Below are positions 61,061-64,000 of a stretch of 64,000 nucleotides of DNA, in pieces. This DNA is from Hydrolagus affinis. Its lineage: Eukaryota. Position 1 is the first letter of the stretch. Each line of letters starts with the position of its first letter. The DNA is taken from NCBI GenBank assembly GCA_012026655.1, contig JAAILG010000487.1:1-64000 (forward strand), given 5' to 3'. The position numbers and the translations under genes are program-made. The notes below the pieces were generated by a model. The model was given only the letters and a program-made list of their open reading frames with translations. It did no database searches and had not been told where the DNA came from.

Positions 61061-61270
61061 CGTGCCCATGGATGATCTGTGTGTGTGAGGATCTCAGCCT
61101 CTGGAGCCTGGAGCTATCTGTGAGATACCACCTCCCTCTCTCTCTCTTATCTTTCTCCCTCTTTCCGCAGTGCAAAGCAGGCGTTGCCTTTCTCATCGCT
61201 CTCTCTCTCTCTCACTCTCTCCCTCCTCTCTCTCCCCCTCCCTCCCTCCTCTCTCTCTCTCTCTCCCTGG
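61061..61270 (-). other. far2: Candidate first exon of the FAR gene (5' boundary uncertain)
   Basis: Strong donor ACG|GTGAGC at 61061; GA-rich leader; nearby CpG-rich patch; ATG GGC ACG just before the donor is in frame with the exon starting at 46715. Confidence 0.45.
61130..61268. repeat. CT/GA-rich polypyrimidine tract
   Basis: Read directly. Confidence 0.85.
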
Positions 61271-62844
61271 CTTACACTAAAGGAGCCAGCGTTCAATCCA
61301 TCCCTCTCACACCCATTCCCACTTCCTGGGACCCAGACTTGTGTCTTTCACACACCAGCTCCACCCTCAAGAGCATCCAAGCAAAGGACATTCATTAATA
61401 TATATATGTACACACACACACACACATCTACTGTGTATTGTTTGTTGTTGAGAGGAAGGAAACAGTAAAAACAATACTAATTTGTGTAACTGCAATAAAT
61501 TGAGCTTCTCTATACTGGGTTTAAATAGCTTCAAATCTCCCCCAACTCTCTCTACTCCCCCCCAATCCCTCACTCCCAATCTTAAACCAACTGGAGACTG
61601 ATCTGAGCAAGGATGGAGGAGTTGGGGGGGATTTGAATAAGGAAGGGATTTAAGTCTGTTTTTGACTCTGCTGTCCATTGCCATGAGTTTCCCACAGTTA
61701 TTTATCCATTGAGGTCTCTGGGACAATGTGTTTCCCCCCAAAACTCCCTCCCTCCAATCCACGGTTACTGTGGTGCTGCCGGCTCAGGGGCAGGGAGTCA
61801 GCAACTGATAATTAACCCTGAAAACCAAAGCCCTAATGGGTCCTCGCTGGGCAAGCAGTGGGAATGCTGTCCACACAGAGATACCAATGGGAAGCACTCT
61901 GGCGGTTACCCCCAAAACACACTCTGGGGTCCTCAAGCCTTAGCTCTCGCCAACCGGCACCAAATTGGGTAAAAGGGAGAGAGTGCGGATTCCACTCCAA
62001 CAGTCTATCTCCGGGATTTCCATGCGCGGGTGAGACGCGGGGAATTCTCAGCTTGGTTTGGATACTATTAAGTCTCTTCTCCCAACGTGAAAGGCTCTAT
62101 GCAAATGTCATTTTGTATTGTATTGGGAAGGCGTCAGAAACCACTTCACAGCGATTACTGTAAAACCCAAAGTGGACTTCTCTCATTCCATGTCTCCCGG
62201 CAAAACAGAAGCAGGCGTTGTTTCCAATTCCTGGAAGTATGTAGGGGAGGGTGTGTTTCTGCAGGCTGTGCTGGTACGGGCGGTTTTGCGAGTGAGAGAC
62301 AGGCTGAGGATGCCAAAGTGCTGAATTCAACTCGTTCTTTGTGCTTATGAAAAATGTCCTGAGATGTCTCCACCACCCACCCTCCATCCCCCGAATAAAA
62401 CAAAACATATTTTGCTCCAATTTCTCACACATTCGTTCTGCCTATCTCTCCATCCCCAAGCCAACCCCCACAGAGCAGGCATGCTCCCTGGTACACTAAC
62501 ACTGAAACGCTTTGTGTACTTGGTACAGAAATCTACATCATAATAAATAATAATAATAATCTGTGCGTTCAGCACATTTTCTATCTCTCCCCCTACATTG
62601 AAAACATAAAAACACTGAGAAAACCACATCTTGTACACTTCAAACCCAAAGCCAGGCCATGATAAATGTGTACAGTTGCTGAATGCTGTGCGTCATATTT
62701 CTCAATTTTCACAGATTTTAGGCTAAAAAGAGGAAGAAACATCGAAAGATCTTCAAGAAAAGTCTTTCTGCCTGAAGTGCGTAGACATACACGAGTATCA
62801 TGACTTTAAATAACAGGTTGGAGTCCTGTAGCGCAGCACTGTCC

Positions 62845-63246
62845 CGGAGAGGATCGATTTCAAGATCCTCACTCTTGTCTTCAAATTTCTCAACTCCTCT
62901 GCATCCCCCTACCTCTCTGATCTCCTCTCTCCCCAACACAGCACCTGTTGCCTTCGCTCCTCCAGTTCTGGTCTCCGCCTTGTTCCCCAAATGCTCCGCT
63001 CCATCACCGGTGGCCGTGCCTTCAGCCACTATGCCCCGAAGCTCTGGATCTCCCATCCTCACTCCCTTTGCCTCACCCCCACTCTTCCCAGTTTCAGGAC
63101 TCAGCTGAAGACCTTTCTTTTTGACCGCGCCTTATTCACCTTTCTCCCCCCACCCTGCCCCTGGCTCAGGCCCGGGATCAGTTATTGTGAAGCGCTCGGA
63201 GACGCTGTCTGGCGTGGAGGGCACTAAATAAATCAAAGTTGTTGTA
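62845..63246 (+). mobile_element. L2 LINE 3' end
   Basis: RIDFKIL...[13 protein letters not shown]...FRTQLKTFLF. Confidence 0.85.
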
Positions 63247-64000
63247 GTATTGTATATAAGAGCAGTTTCACCCACCAATGTTCTCTGCTTGTTTGTGTGA
63301 AGGGAGAGGGAACGGCAGTCATCATTAGACAAAGACAGTACAAGGTATGTCCTCCCCATAGACAGGACACAGCACCAACAAGTGGCAGGACAAGGCAGGC
63401 ATAACAACACAGTACCACACAGAGACAGCTCGAGGCAGGAACATGGGAAATATGAATGCACAGCACACAGAGTTACAGGACATTTCAGTAACTGACTGAT
63501 AAAACCACATGATGGAGAGGAGAATAATCAGGCCACTAAATCTGTCACTTTGCACCTACAACTCTCCTTAACCCTTTTACCAGCATACAGCTATTTTTAG
63601 GTTTGAATACAGTGCAGTCAGGATGGCATTAACCTAGATTTTGTGTTGCTATTTTGCTATATTTTTATCAGCTGTTCTAACAGTACGGTATTATATTACA
63701 TTTCAACATTCTGTACATCAAATAGGGCAATTTTCTTTCTTTCAAATCTTGTTTAGTCTGCGATAGAGTGAAAAATAGGAATTAATTTACACCAAAAAAG
63801 CGTTTTGACAGACAGCTTCGTGTTGGCGAGGGGAGACGCTGTTTCTCTGAGAACCTGGATGATTAAGAACTGTGAAATTACCTATTCAATTTATAACCTC
63901 TGTACAAACAACTGCACCATCCACAGCAAATCATTTTATTGAGTTGTCAGTAAAGCTTCATAGTTGAGCAACAGTACAGTTTTACACGGGTACACACCTA

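Overview
Vertebrate (not microbial) genomic DNA, repeat-rich and intron-containing. The repeat families (tRNA-headed Deu-domain SINE, CR1 with (ATTCTATG)n tail, L2, Penelope-like short element) point to a cartilaginous fish, possibly a holocephalan; this is an inference. Three multi-exon genes were reconstructed by hand from splice sites and reading frame. (1) Lectin A, minus strand, CDS 10000->2211, 5 coding exons, 265 aa: a secreted C-type lectin with a 94-aa Pro/Tyr-rich pro-region, a degenerate Ca2+/sugar site (EPL/WST) and a Cys-rich tail. (2) Lectin B, its paralogue, plus strand, CDS 20044->24923, 186 aa, with EPD/WFD motifs; it is head-to-head with lectin A about 10 kb away. (3) An intact fatty acyl-CoA reductase of the FAR2 clade, minus strand, 11 coding exons 46691->28982, 519 aa, with a candidate distal first exon ending at 61061. 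The rest is SINE/LINE debris, a hAT-Charlie MITE, microsatellites, a 23-bp VNTR, a SINE-derived fold-back palindrome and a hammerhead-like short retroelement with a 13-bp target-site duplication. The most interesting item is the divergent pair of REG-like lectins sharing an unusual extra-cysteine pattern.
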